Below are positions 51,338 to 60,444 of a DNA stretch of 64,000 bases, piece after piece (the first letter of the stretch is position 1; each line of letters begins with the position of its first letter). This DNA is from Kiritimatiellia bacterium (GTDB lineage: Bacteria; Verrucomicrobiota; Kiritimatiellia; RFP12; JBMNHG01), in NCBI GenBank assembly GCA_050950285.1, contig JBMNHG010000003.1, positions 492,337 through 556,336 of the forward strand, read 5' to 3'. Made by a program: the position numbers and the translations under genes. Under the pieces are notes generated by a model. That model ran no database searches and had not been told where the DNA came from. It saw nothing but the letters and a program-made list of their open reading frames with translations.

Positions 51338-52723
51338 ATGAACTCCGACATCCCCTACAAAACCTACCTTCTCGAGAACGAACTCCCCACGGCGTGGTAC
51401 AACGTCCGTGCGGACATGGCGAAGAAGCCCATGCCGCTTCTTCATCCCAAGACCCTCCAGCCTTGTACGCGGGAGGATCTCGAGGCTGTCTTCTGCGGCG
51501 AATGCGTCGGCCAGGAGCTCGACGACACCACGCCGTATGTCGACATCCCGGGTCCCGTGATGGACTTCTACCGGATGTACCGGCCGGCGCCCTTGGTCCG
51601 TGCGTACTTCCTCGAACGCGCCCTTGGCACGCCTGCGAGGATCTACTACAAGTTCGAAGGCAACAACACCTCCGGATCGCACAAGCTGAACAGCGCGGTG
51701 CCGCAGGCGTACTACGCCTCCCGGCAGGGATTGCGCGGCGTCACAACGGAAACCGGGGCCGGCCAATGGGGCACCGCGCTTGCCATGGCCTGCGCCTTTT
51801 TCAATCTGGAGTGCAAGGTCTTCATGGTGAAATGCTCCTATGAGATCAAGCCCTTCCGCCGCGAAGTGATGCGCACGTACGGGGCGTCGGTGACCCCTTC
51901 GCCTTCGATGGAGACCGCGACGGGGCGCGCGATCAACGCTCTCCATCCCGACACGTCGGGCTCGCTCGGCTGCGCGATTTCCGAAGCCGTCGAGTGCGCG
52001 CAGTCGAACGATGGCTACCGCTATCTCCTCGGCAGCGTGATGAACCTCGTGTGCCTGCACCAGTCGATCATCGGGCTGGAGACCCAGGCGGCCTTGCGCA
52101 AGCTGGGCGTGAAGCCGGACCTCATCATCGGTTGCGCCGGCGGCGGCTCGAACCTGTCGGGGCTGGCCGCCCCCTTCCTGGGCGAGATGCTCCGCGGCGA
52201 AGCGGACTACCGCGTCATCGCGGTGGAGCCCGCCAGCTGCCCCACGCTCACCCGGGGACGGTACGTCTATGACTTCTGCGACACCGGGAAGATCTGCCCG
52301 CTCCAGAAGATGTATACCCTCGGGCACGACTACATCCCGTCCGCAAGCCATGCGGGCGGCCTGCGCTACCACGGCATGAATTCGACGCTCTCCGAGTTGT
52401 ACGACCAGAAGCGGATCGAGGCGCGGGCGGTCGAGCAGACCAAGATCTTCGAAGCCGCCACCTTCTTCGCGCGCACCGAAGGAATCCTTCCCGCCCCCGA
52501 ATCCGCGCATGCGATCCATGTGGCGATGGAGGAGGCGAAGCGCTGCACGGAAGAAAACAAGGCCGAGAACATCGTCTTCGGACTCTCCGGTACCGGCTAC
52601 TTCGACATGCCCAGCTACGCCCGTTACAACGACGGGGAGATGACGGACACCATCCCGACCGACGACGACCTCGCCACTGGCTTCGCCTGCCTGCCGGACG
52701 TCTCGGCCATGGGACAGGCCTGA
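51338..52723 (+). CDS. trpB2: TrpB-like PLP-dependent enzyme (tryptophan synthase beta chain type 2)
   Basis: LPTAWYN, IYYKFEG...GSHKLNSA, TETGAGQWG, GSLGCAISEA, GCAGGGSN, HAGGLRYHG, EGILPAPES. Confidence 0.95.
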   Translation: MNSDIPYKTYLLENELPTAWYNVRADMAKKPMPLLHPKTLQPCTREDLEAVFCGECVGQELDDTTPYVDIPGPVMDFYRMYRPAPLVRAYFLERALGTPARIYYKFEGNNTSGSHKLNSAVPQAYYASRQGLRGVTTETGAGQWGTALAMACAFFNLECKVFMVKCSYEIKPFRREVMRTYGASVTPSPSMETATGRAINALHPDTSGSLGCAISEAVECAQSNDGYRYLLGSVMNLVCLHQSIIGLETQAALRKLGVKPDLIIGCAGGGSNLSGLAAPFLGEMLRGEADYRVIAVEPASCPTLTRGRYVYDFCDTGKICPLQKMYTLGHDYIPSASHAGGLRYHGMNSTLSELYDQKRIEARAVEQTKIFEAATFFARTEGILPAPESAHAIHVAMEEAKRCTEENKAENIVFGLSGTGYFDMPSYARYNDGEMTDTIPTDDDLATGFACLPDVSAMGQA

Positions 52724-52832
52724 GGAAGGCGTCTCCCGCGGAACCGTCCAACGAGTTCGCGGCGTGCCGCCTCCGTCCATGGAGTCCGGACACGCCGGCC
52801 CCCTCCGCCGTCTTGGGGACGAGGGAGGGGGC

Positions 52833-52872
52833 AAAAGAAGGCGCGCTCCCTTTGGGGGGCGCGCCTTCTTTT
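52833..52872. terminator. Bidirectional intrinsic terminator between convergent genes
   Basis: AAAAGAAGGCGCGCTCCC-TTTG-GGGGGCGCGCCTTCTTTT. Confidence 0.88.
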
Positions 52873-52892
52873 CCGGATGTGCCGGAAGCGGG

Positions 52893-55800
52893 CTACTTCG
52901 CGATGGTGATGTCGCCCCAGCGGGCGGGGGAGAGACGGGACTCGCTCGGGACGTCCGAGACCAGGCCGGTCGCCTTGTCGTGCCAATAGAGGCGGGAGAG
53001 GCGGTTGTCGCCGGCGGGGTTCGAGTAGATCACGCCCACGATGCCCTTGAGGGTGGAGCCGAGCGCGTCGCCCGAGAGTCCGATTTCGGCCAGGGGCACG
53101 GTGACGAGCACGGTGTAGGTTCCGATGCCCGTGGCGGCCTGCACCTTCGCGTTCGGAACGAGCTTCACGACGTCGAAGCTCGACGCGTTGGCCATGTTGT
53201 TGCCCACGGAGTAGGTGATGGGGTTCGAGGGTTCCTCGGCCTTCTGCTGCCAGAAGACGACCGTTCCGCGCCCGCCCATCGGCGCCGCGAGGATGCGGCA
53301 GGGGCCGCGGCCGGGAATGTCGAGCTGCAGGTCGACGCAGTCGCCGCCGATGAAGAGGTGGGTGAAGCGGCCTTCGGCGTTCATCCAGGGCGAGGGGTCG
53401 GCCACCTGGAACATCATCGCCAGGTCGCGGCCGTTGTGGGCAAGCGCGGCGCGCCACCACGTGGCCTTGTTGCCTTCCTCGGAAACGGCGACGTCCACGG
53501 CGCCGTCGATGAGCGGCCGGCTCATCGGTTGCATGACCGGGGCGGGCTCGGCGGGCAGGCGGTTCGTGCGGGCGATGGTGACGGTCGCGGGCTCGCGGAC
53601 GGAGTCCTGCTGGCGGGTTTGGACGATCGCGAGCCCCTTCGCGATGTCGTCGGCGGTGATTTCGATGTCCTGGTCGAGCCGCACGCAGGTTTCGAGGCCG
53701 GTGACCTCCATCAGGCGGTAGGAGGGGCCGCCGAGCTGGACGAACACCTTGCCGGTGGCGGAGTCGCGCCAGAAGAAGCCGCCGAAGGATTCCTGGCCGA
53801 TGAAGGTCTCGTCGAGCACGACGTTCCCCTTGCTGTCCTGGCAGATCGAGGAGATGTAGAGGCCGTCCATCGACAAGAGGAACCACTCGCCGCGGTCGCC
53901 GCCGAGGGCCATCACGCTGCCGACGCCGGGGACGTCCTCGACCACGCCGTTCGCGCGGAAGGGGGCGATGAGCACGCCGCGCTGGGCGGCGGGGGCGTCA
54001 TGGCGGCCGTAGCGGTTCGGATAGGCGCCGATTCGGCCGTCGGCGGTCTGGTACCGGATGCCGTTCGAGACGTTCCCGGCGTTGTCCACGACGGGCGTGC
54101 CCACGGAGCCTTGGCCGTCGGGGAAGGACTTGCCGTCGCCCAGCGAGGTGGGGTGGGCGAAGTCGTAGATGGGGGCGCCGGCCTCGGTGAAGCCCGTCGG
54201 GCGGAAGAACTTGTTGTTCGTGAGGAGGATCGACAGGTCGGGGCGGATCCAGCCGTTCGACCAGTAGAGGTTGCGGGCGTCGAGGCCTTCGAAGACCTCG
54301 CCTTCGTCTTCCTCGTGGTTGTTGTTCGTGTCGGTCCAGGCGGTGCCGGGGATGTCGACCCACTTGTTGTCGATCCTCTCGCGGCGGTTCCACGTGATCT
54401 TGGTGCAGATGCGGAAGACGCCGTCCTCGCCGCGCAGGAAGATCTTGAGGGAGTCGGGCTTGTTGTAGCCGGGGCATCCGGCGGCGTATTCGCGGCCGTT
54501 GAAGCGGTAGACGAGGCCTCGTTCATGGGCGAGCCCGGGGTGGTAGACGAGCGGTTCCTCGTTGGTCTTGCGGTGCCAGGGGTCGGGATTCGGATCGAGC
54601 TGGAACTCGATGCCGTGGGCGATGAAGCGCGTGGCGTCGAAGGTGAGCGGGAAGCCGGCCATCGCGCCGTAGTCGGCCATGCCCCAGTACTGGTCGACCA
54701 GGTGGTAGTCGGCGGCGTCCCAGCAGGTGACGCGCTTGCAGGTCGTCACGCACTCGGCGACCCAGAGCCGGCCGAGGTGGTCGAAGTCGGCGCCGAGCGG
54801 GCGGATGAGGTCCGTCTTCACGAAGGGGCCGGCGGGGCGGTCGCGACCGGGGCGGTCGGAGCCAATGGCGGCGATGCGTCCACCGTCGGCGCCAAAGAGG
54901 ACGACCTGGTTCGAGGCGAGGTCGGAGACGGCGAAGCGCTTCTCGTCCATGTCGATGCCGAGGCGGACGGGGTCGCGCAGGCCGCCGAGCTTCGCGACGT
55001 CGCCGATGGGCTGGCCGTCGGGGCCGAGGAGGCGCACCGATCCGTCCGCGTAGAGGGCGAAGAGCTTTTCGTTGCGGTCGGTGAGGGCGCGCAGGCCTTC
55101 GGGGCGTTCGAGGGTTTCGAGGATGGTGCCGGTCCGGGGGTCGATTTTGAGGAAGGCGCGGCCGGGGCAGAAGACCCAGAGGGCGCCATGGGCGATGGCG
55201 ATGGTGGAGGTGTCCGTGATGTTGGCATCGTCGAGAATCTTGGCGTTCGGGGTCCGGTTGGCGTCCTCGAAGGGTTCGAGGTGGCCGTCGGTCACGCGAT
55301 AGCGGGCGATGAGGGTGCAGCTCTGCCAGGAAGAGCGGGAGAGACCGTAGGAGTAGGTGTCGTCGAGGGTGCCGTCGACGAACTCGTTGTGGTCGGCCCA
55401 GAGGATGATGCCGTCGTCGTCGATGCGCTGCATCCCGGAGCCGCCCTCGGTGCCGGTGAAGAGCAGGACGGTCTTGTCGCCCCGGGTGGCGACGGAGGTG
55501 GGATGGCCATGGTTGGCGCCCCAGAGTTTCGACCCGCTCTCCGTGTTCCACGGCGGGGTGGCGGAGGAGTAGACCGAGTTGTAGAATTTGAGGGCGATGG
55601 GGACGTGGTGGACGACCGTGGCGCGGTAGGTCCCGGGGGCGACGGGATTCCCGTTGTCGTCGAGGCAGTCCCAGAGGTCGGTCACGTCGCCGGCGGAGCG
55701 CGGGTACTGGCCGAAGAGGTTGCGGACGCGGCGGCCCTGGGCGTCGTCGATGGCGATGGTCACGTCGCGGTCGGCGGGGAGGGTGTAGGCGATCGGGACG

Positions 55801-56690
55801 CTGCCGTAGGTGTCGTAGTCCACGAAGTTCTTCTGGCGGGCCTTCTGGAGGGCCTTCTGTTCTTCGGTGACGGCGAGCCCGCCCTTGTCCAGGATGAGGG
55901 CGCGGCCCCAGCCGGGGCGGGCGCGGAACATGAAGATGCGGTTGACGGTTTCGTCTTTGATGCCGTCCGCGAGGCGGTGGGCGAGCATTTCGCCGGCGGC
56001 GTTGCCCCACATGGCCTCGATGCCGTAGGTGAAGGACTCGCCGGGCCGGAGGGCCTCGCCGGAGGTGCGGCAGTAGCTCCACGGCCAGAACACCTCCATG
56101 TTGTATCCCTTGCCGTCCTCCCACGGGGCGAAGGCGATCTGCCCGCCGGCGGCCTCCATGGTGGGGCCCCATTTCTCGAGCTGGTCGGGGCGGTCGGGCC
56201 CGGTGGCGTCGTAGGGGGGATTGGCCCTGAAGCCGCCGTGCTTGACGATCATGTACGGGCGGTCGTCCGGCGTGGAGTAGTACATGTTCACATGCATTTG
56301 GTGCTCTTCGGGAAGACCGTCGTCGAAGACCACGCGGGCCTGGTAGCAGTCGGCGCGCCAGCTCATGGAGAAGTCCTTGCCGGCGGCGGCGTTCTTCATC
56401 GGCGAGCTGTCGACGTAGCGCGCGAGCATGTACACGCCCTTCGCGTCCCACATCATGTGGGTCCAGACGCTGTAGCGCTCGACGATGAGCGGGTCGTTGT
56501 AGCTCCAGACGCCCGCCGAAAGATCCCAGTCGCCGTCGAGCCCGTCGATCGTCACCGCGCCCGGAGCGGGAAGGACGGCGATCTCCGAGTTGAAGGACAT
56601 GGTGCGGTCGTCGGCGGGCGCCGGAAGCGCGAGGATGGCCGAAAGGGCCAGCGCGGAAGCAACGGGGAAGCGGGGTTTCACGGGTTTCAC
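52893..56690 (-). CDS. Large secreted protein: CBM9-like ends, FlgD-Ig-like domain, beta-propeller core
   Basis: AGGAG RBS plus GTG at 56690; signal peptide ...ILALPAPA. TIDGLDGDW; VTIAIDDAQGRRVRNL...WDCLDDNGNPVAPGTY (FlgD-like); RPLGADFDHLGRLWVAE (NHL-like); terminal PARWG. Confidence 0.75.
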   Translation of the reverse strand: MKPVKPRFPVASALALSAILALPAPADDRTMSFNSEIAVLPAPGAVTIDGLDGDWDLSAGVWSYNDPLIVERYSVWTHMMWDAKGVYMLARYVDSSPMKNAAAGKDFSMSWRADCYQARVVFDDGLPEEHQMHVNMYYSTPDDRPYMIVKHGGFRANPPYDATGPDRPDQLEKWGPTMEAAGGQIAFAPWEDGKGYNMEVFWPWSYCRTSGEALRPGESFTYGIEAMWGNAAGEMLAHRLADGIKDETVNRIFMFRARPGWGRALILDKGGLAVTEEQKALQKARQKNFVDYDTYGSVPIAYTLPADRDVTIAIDDAQGRRVRNLFGQYPRSAGDVTDLWDCLDDNGNPVAPGTYRATVVHHVPIALKFYNSVYSSATPPWNTESGSKLWGANHGHPTSVATRGDKTVLLFTGTEGGSGMQRIDDDGIILWADHNEFVDGTLDDTYSYGLSRSSWQSCTLIARYRVTDGHLEPFEDANRTPNAKILDDANITDTSTIAIAHGALWVFCPGRAFLKIDPRTGTILETLERPEGLRALTDRNEKLFALYADGSVRLLGPDGQPIGDVAKLGGLRDPVRLGIDMDEKRFAVSDLASNQVVLFGADGGRIAAIGSDRPGRDRPAGPFVKTDLIRPLGADFDHLGRLWVAECVTTCKRVTCWDAADYHLVDQYWGMADYGAMAGFPLTFDATRFIAHGIEFQLDPNPDPWHRKTNEEPLVYHPGLAHERGLVYRFNGREYAAGCPGYNKPDSLKIFLRGEDGVFRICTKITWNRRERIDNKWVDIPGTAWTDTNNNHEEDEGEVFEGLDARNLYWSNGWIRPDLSILLTNNKFFRPTGFTEAGAPIYDFAHPTSLGDGKSFPDGQGSVGTPVVDNAGNVSNGIRYQTADGRIGAYPNRYGRHDAPAAQRGVLIAPFRANGVVEDVPGVGSVMALGGDRGEWFLLSMDGLYISSICQDSKGNVVLDETFIGQESFGGFFWRDSATGKVFVQLGGPSYRLMEVTGLETCVRLDQDIEITADDIAKGLAIVQTRQQDSVREPATVTIARTNRLPAEPAPVMQPMSRPLIDGAVDVAVSEEGNKATWWRAALAHNGRDLAMMFQVADPSPWMNAEGRFTHLFIGGDCVDLQLDIPGRGPCRILAAPMGGRGTVVFWQQKAEEPSNPITYSVGNNMANASSFDVVKLVPNAKVQAATGIGTYTVLVTVPLAEIGLSGDALGSTLKGIVGVIYSNPAGDNRLSRLYWHDKATGLVSDVPSESRLSPARWGDITIAK

Positions 56691-56787
56691 GGAGACTCCT
56701 GGGGTTGCGCGTGAGCGGCAGGGGAAACAAACGAAGCGGAAAGTTCGAGACGAAAAGTTACCAGAAAGCATCGGGGCGGACAAGCCG

Positions 56788-59700
56788 CTACATTTCGCCG
56801 AGGGCCTTGAAATAGTCGGAGACCAGGCTCCGGTAGGCGGGCGGGGCTTCGTCGGGGGTGGAGGCGACGTCGGCGTCCGGAGCCTTTGCCGCGGATCCCG
56901 CGCCCAGGGAACGCGCGCCCACGCCGGCGTCGAGATCGGCCCGGGTTTCGCGCAGGGCCACGGAGGCGCGCCGCTGGAACTCGCGCACCTGCTGGATGGG
57001 GAGCCCCTTCTCCAGCGCCTCCTCGGCGCTTCGCATGTGGCGGATCGCCTCGTCGAGCCGGCCCGTGCGGAGGTTGTTCATCGTGGCACGCGCATAGAGC
57101 GTCTCCGCCGACCGGCGAAGCATCGCCTGCCGACCCAGCTCGGAAGGCCGGTTGACCGAGCTGTCGCGACGAGGCCCCAGGCCGGACATCCCCTCCTCTT
57201 CGCCGTAGCCGGAAAGCTTGCCGCCGCCCGTGGCCTTCGCCTCGCGGTGGTCCTCTTCCTCGACCTCGCCGGCCTGCGACGAATCGCGCGTCATGCGCTT
57301 CTCGATGTTCTCGTCGCCATCGTTGATCTTGCCCGAAGCCCCCACCACTTCGCCATCGGACTGGCCCTGGCGGCCGACGTTGGAACGGCCGTCCTGGTCT
57401 TTGTGCTCGGGGCGCTCGTTGCCAGACTTGCCTTTCGCGCCGTAGGAGGTGAACTCGCCTTCCATGATGTCCCAGCCGGCGGCGATGTCGGCGGTGCCTT
57501 GGTTGCCCGTCGAGTCGTCGGCCTGCTCGCGAAGTTCGTCCTCCTGCTCGAGAAGGTCGCCGATGATGTCTTCGAGTTCCTCGGGCATGGTGACCATGCC
57601 GATCTGGGGGAGTTCCTCGCGATCGAAGTTCTCGATGTTGCGCTTGATGGCGTCGGGGCGCGGGGTGAGCCACATCTCCATGTCGTCCAGGCGCCCTTCG
57701 GCGGTGGCGAGGGCTTCGAGGATCCAGTCTTCCTTCTGCAGCCCGAGTTCGGTGGCGGCGGTGGATTCGGAGCCTTCGGGCTGGGCCATGGCTTCGTAGA
57801 CCTGGAAGAGGTCTTCGACCAGTTCGTTGCCCACGGGGAGGTCGGGGAAGACCTGCAAATCGGTGGCGATCTTCAGCGCGGCGTCGGCCATGGACGCCTG
57901 GAGTTCGGCGATTTCGAGATCGAGCGCCTCGTCGCGGCTCCCGCGCGACTTGTCCTCCTGCCCTTCGGTGGCGCGCAGGGCCTCGACCACGGCGCTCTGG
58001 AGGTCCTTGAGCTTTCCGGCAGCCTCCTTTGCGCCCGCGACGACCTCCGCGGCCTCCTGCATGCGTTCCGCGGTTTCCGCGGCGCGCTGTTCGTTGAGCA
58101 CCGCGCACAGCGCCTTGAGGCTCTCGATGGCGCGTTCTTGCAGGGGGATCGCCGCGGAAGGGTCCGTTCCGGACATCGCTTCGGCGGCGTGCAGCATGTC
58201 GTTCTTGATGGCGCGCTGCTCGGCGAGGTCCGCCACGGCGGAAAGCGACGCGGCGAACGCCTCGTCGCCCGCGCCCTGGGCCTTGGCGTCGCGGCGGCAT
58301 TGGTCGACGAGTTCCCCCACGTCCATCGCAAGGTCGTCCTGGCGGTCGCAGTCGTCGTCGCTCGCGGCGCGCTTGGCGGCGGCGGCCGCGCGGGTCGCGG
58401 CGCACAGCCCCTCCTGCGCCTTGATGAGGGCTTCGATCTGCGCGAGAAGTCCGGAGGAGGCCCGCGAGACGCGGGCGCTTTCGACGGCGGCGCTGGCCTG
58501 CGCGAGGATGCGGAGCGCGGTTTCCTGGGCGGCGATCGCCCTCGCGGCGAGGGCGGCGCGCCCCTCCGCGGGTTCGCCGGCCATGCGGCCCAGCGCAATC
58601 TCCGCTTCGGCCATCGGCCCGCGCGCGGCCCGTTCGAGGGCGACCTTCGCGACGCCCAGCCCCACGCCCTCGCGGAGGAGTTGCGCGGCGAGGCCGAGGA
58701 TTTCGCCCTCGCGGCCGCGCGCGGCTTCCCAGCTCGCGGGATCCATCGCGGGAAGCATCGCGGCCAGCGAAAGGGTCGCGTCAAGGTTCGCGCGCTGGCG
58801 TTCGACGATCTGCCCCAGGGTAACGGCGGAGGCACGGGCCGCCGCACGTTCTTTCCCGGCGATTTCGGATGCTTTCTGCCGCTCGAAGACGATCAGCGGC
58901 GAAACCGCGCGGTTCGGAACGCCTTCCGCGCGGTCGAAGGCCACCACGCGCAGGGCGCCGTCCGCCGGAAGATCCGACGGCGTGCCGCGCCATGCGGCGG
59001 AGACGATGCCGTTCGTGGCGTTCCACTCGGCCAGGGGCGCGCCCTCGGCCGCAGGCGCCGCGCCACGCGCGACCCGCTCGAGCCGCGCCAGGGCCACGCC
59101 GTAATCGTCCGTCACTTCGAAGGCAACCGCCGGCGCCGCGCCCGGCGGCAGCACGGCGGGCCCGCCGGGTTCGAGAATCCGGATCGAAGGCGGACGGTCG
59201 GGCACCAGATCGAGCCGGATCGGCAGGTCCAGCTTCCCGCCGTCCCGGCCGGCGGCGGTCACGCGCAGCACGCCGTTCGTGGCGACGAAGGGGCCTGCGG
59301 TCCCCTCGACGGCATCGGGGGACGCAAGGACGAAGGGGACGATGGCCGGAGCCGGGGCATCGCCCCCGAGGATGGCTTCCGCGGCGTCGACGGCGCGGCT
59401 GAAGCGGGCCGAGAGCGAAACGGACGAAAAGCGCGGGAAGGTCGGCAGGTCGCCCAGGGCGTCCACCTCTCCGACGGGCAGCCCCGTGTGGGCGGGTGGC
59501 TCGACGCGGAGGACGAGTCCGGAGAGCGTGAGCGGCGGAATCGCGACGACGCGGTAATACGGCGTCGGCGGCGCGTCTCCCGCGATGAAGCGGTAGCGGA
59601 AGCCCCCCACGACCTTCGGGACCCGGTGGGCGAAGCGCTCCTCCGCCCCGGTTTCGCCGATGCGGCCGAGCCGGAGGAGGGTGGGCCGGTCGTCGTCCGG

Positions 59701-60366
59701 GAGCAGTTCGAGGTCGATCGTCTGGCCGGCGTGGCCGAGGACGCGGCAGGAGAGATCCGCCGCATCGCCCTGCGGCACCCCGAGGTCGCCCGGCAGCACC
59801 TCCAGCACGTGGGCGAGCGAAGCGGGCTCGATCGACGAGAAGGGGTTCAGCACGCGGCGGACCGCCACCCCCCAGGCCTCCCCCGAGAAGGGGGCGGGGG
59901 CGGCGAGCGCGACCAACCCCGCGCAGAGCGCGGCGAGCCCATGGGCGAGCTTCCGGTTCGGGCGGAGTTCGGACAGCGGAAGGGTGTCCAGTCCGGGGGA
60001 CGTCCCGCGAAGGTAGGCCTCGCGCAACGGATCGCGGCCGGCCTCTTCGGCGAAGAGCACGTGGTTGATGAGGTGGTTGTCGAGCTGCGGGAAGTGGCGC
60101 TCCAGCAGCGCCGCGACGGCGGCAGGGGAGCGGCGCGCCGCGACGGCCCGGATCGCCAGAACGAGCCCGGCGAGCGCGACGAGCATCCACACGGCCGCCA
60201 GCGCGATGCGCCCGCCGGGCGCGACACGCCACGCAAAATCCACCCCGGCGCCGGCAGCGAGCGCAAGGGCGCTTCCGCCGGCGGCGAAAAGAAGGTGCTC
60301 CAGCGCCTTCCAGCGGTTCACCAGATTGTTGACCGCCCGCAGCCGCGATGTCAGTTCCGATTTCAT
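56788..60366 (-). CDS. Membrane-anchored protein with Ig-like domains and long coiled coil (DUF4175-like)
   Basis: Three N-terminal hydrophobic helices around LERHFPQLDNHLIN; VEPPAHTG, PDRPPSIRI, VTDDYGV; Ala/Glu/Gln-rich helices; terminal PPAYRSLVSDYFKAL. Confidence 0.75.
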   Translation of the reverse strand: MKSELTSRLRAVNNLVNRWKALEHLLFAAGGSALALAAGAGVDFAWRVAPGGRIALAAVWMLVALAGLVLAIRAVAARRSPAAVAALLERHFPQLDNHLINHVLFAEEAGRDPLREAYLRGTSPGLDTLPLSELRPNRKLAHGLAALCAGLVALAAPAPFSGEAWGVAVRRVLNPFSSIEPASLAHVLEVLPGDLGVPQGDAADLSCRVLGHAGQTIDLELLPDDDRPTLLRLGRIGETGAEERFAHRVPKVVGGFRYRFIAGDAPPTPYYRVVAIPPLTLSGLVLRVEPPAHTGLPVGEVDALGDLPTFPRFSSVSLSARFSRAVDAAEAILGGDAPAPAIVPFVLASPDAVEGTAGPFVATNGVLRVTAAGRDGGKLDLPIRLDLVPDRPPSIRILEPGGPAVLPPGAAPAVAFEVTDDYGVALARLERVARGAAPAAEGAPLAEWNATNGIVSAAWRGTPSDLPADGALRVVAFDRAEGVPNRAVSPLIVFERQKASEIAGKERAAARASAVTLGQIVERQRANLDATLSLAAMLPAMDPASWEAARGREGEILGLAAQLLREGVGLGVAKVALERAARGPMAEAEIALGRMAGEPAEGRAALAARAIAAQETALRILAQASAAVESARVSRASSGLLAQIEALIKAQEGLCAATRAAAAAKRAASDDDCDRQDDLAMDVGELVDQCRRDAKAQGAGDEAFAASLSAVADLAEQRAIKNDMLHAAEAMSGTDPSAAIPLQERAIESLKALCAVLNEQRAAETAERMQEAAEVVAGAKEAAGKLKDLQSAVVEALRATEGQEDKSRGSRDEALDLEIAELQASMADAALKIATDLQVFPDLPVGNELVEDLFQVYEAMAQPEGSESTAATELGLQKEDWILEALATAEGRLDDMEMWLTPRPDAIKRNIENFDREELPQIGMVTMPEELEDIIGDLLEQEDELREQADDSTGNQGTADIAAGWDIMEGEFTSYGAKGKSGNERPEHKDQDGRSNVGRQGQSDGEVVGASGKINDGDENIEKRMTRDSSQAGEVEEEDHREAKATGGGKLSGYGEEEGMSGLGPRRDSSVNRPSELGRQAMLRRSAETLYARATMNNLRTGRLDEAIRHMRSAEEALEKGLPIQQVREFQRRASVALRETRADLDAGVGARSLGAGSAAKAPDADVASTPDEAPPAYRSLVSDYFKALGEM

Positions 60367-60444
60367 GGCGTGGTTGTGCCAGGCCCCGTCCCAGGATCGT
60401 GCAACGGTTTTGGCGGCGCGCCCTTTTTGTTCGTCCGGAAAAGG

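Noticed and set aside
44140..52834. Apparent giant fusions in the ORF track (1093, 1018 and 1164 aa; also 22201-25296 and 34825-36765)
   Set aside because: The N-terminal extensions are off-frame or antisense read-through over neighbouring genes. True starts placed at 46086, 47072, 50977, 23209 and 35572.
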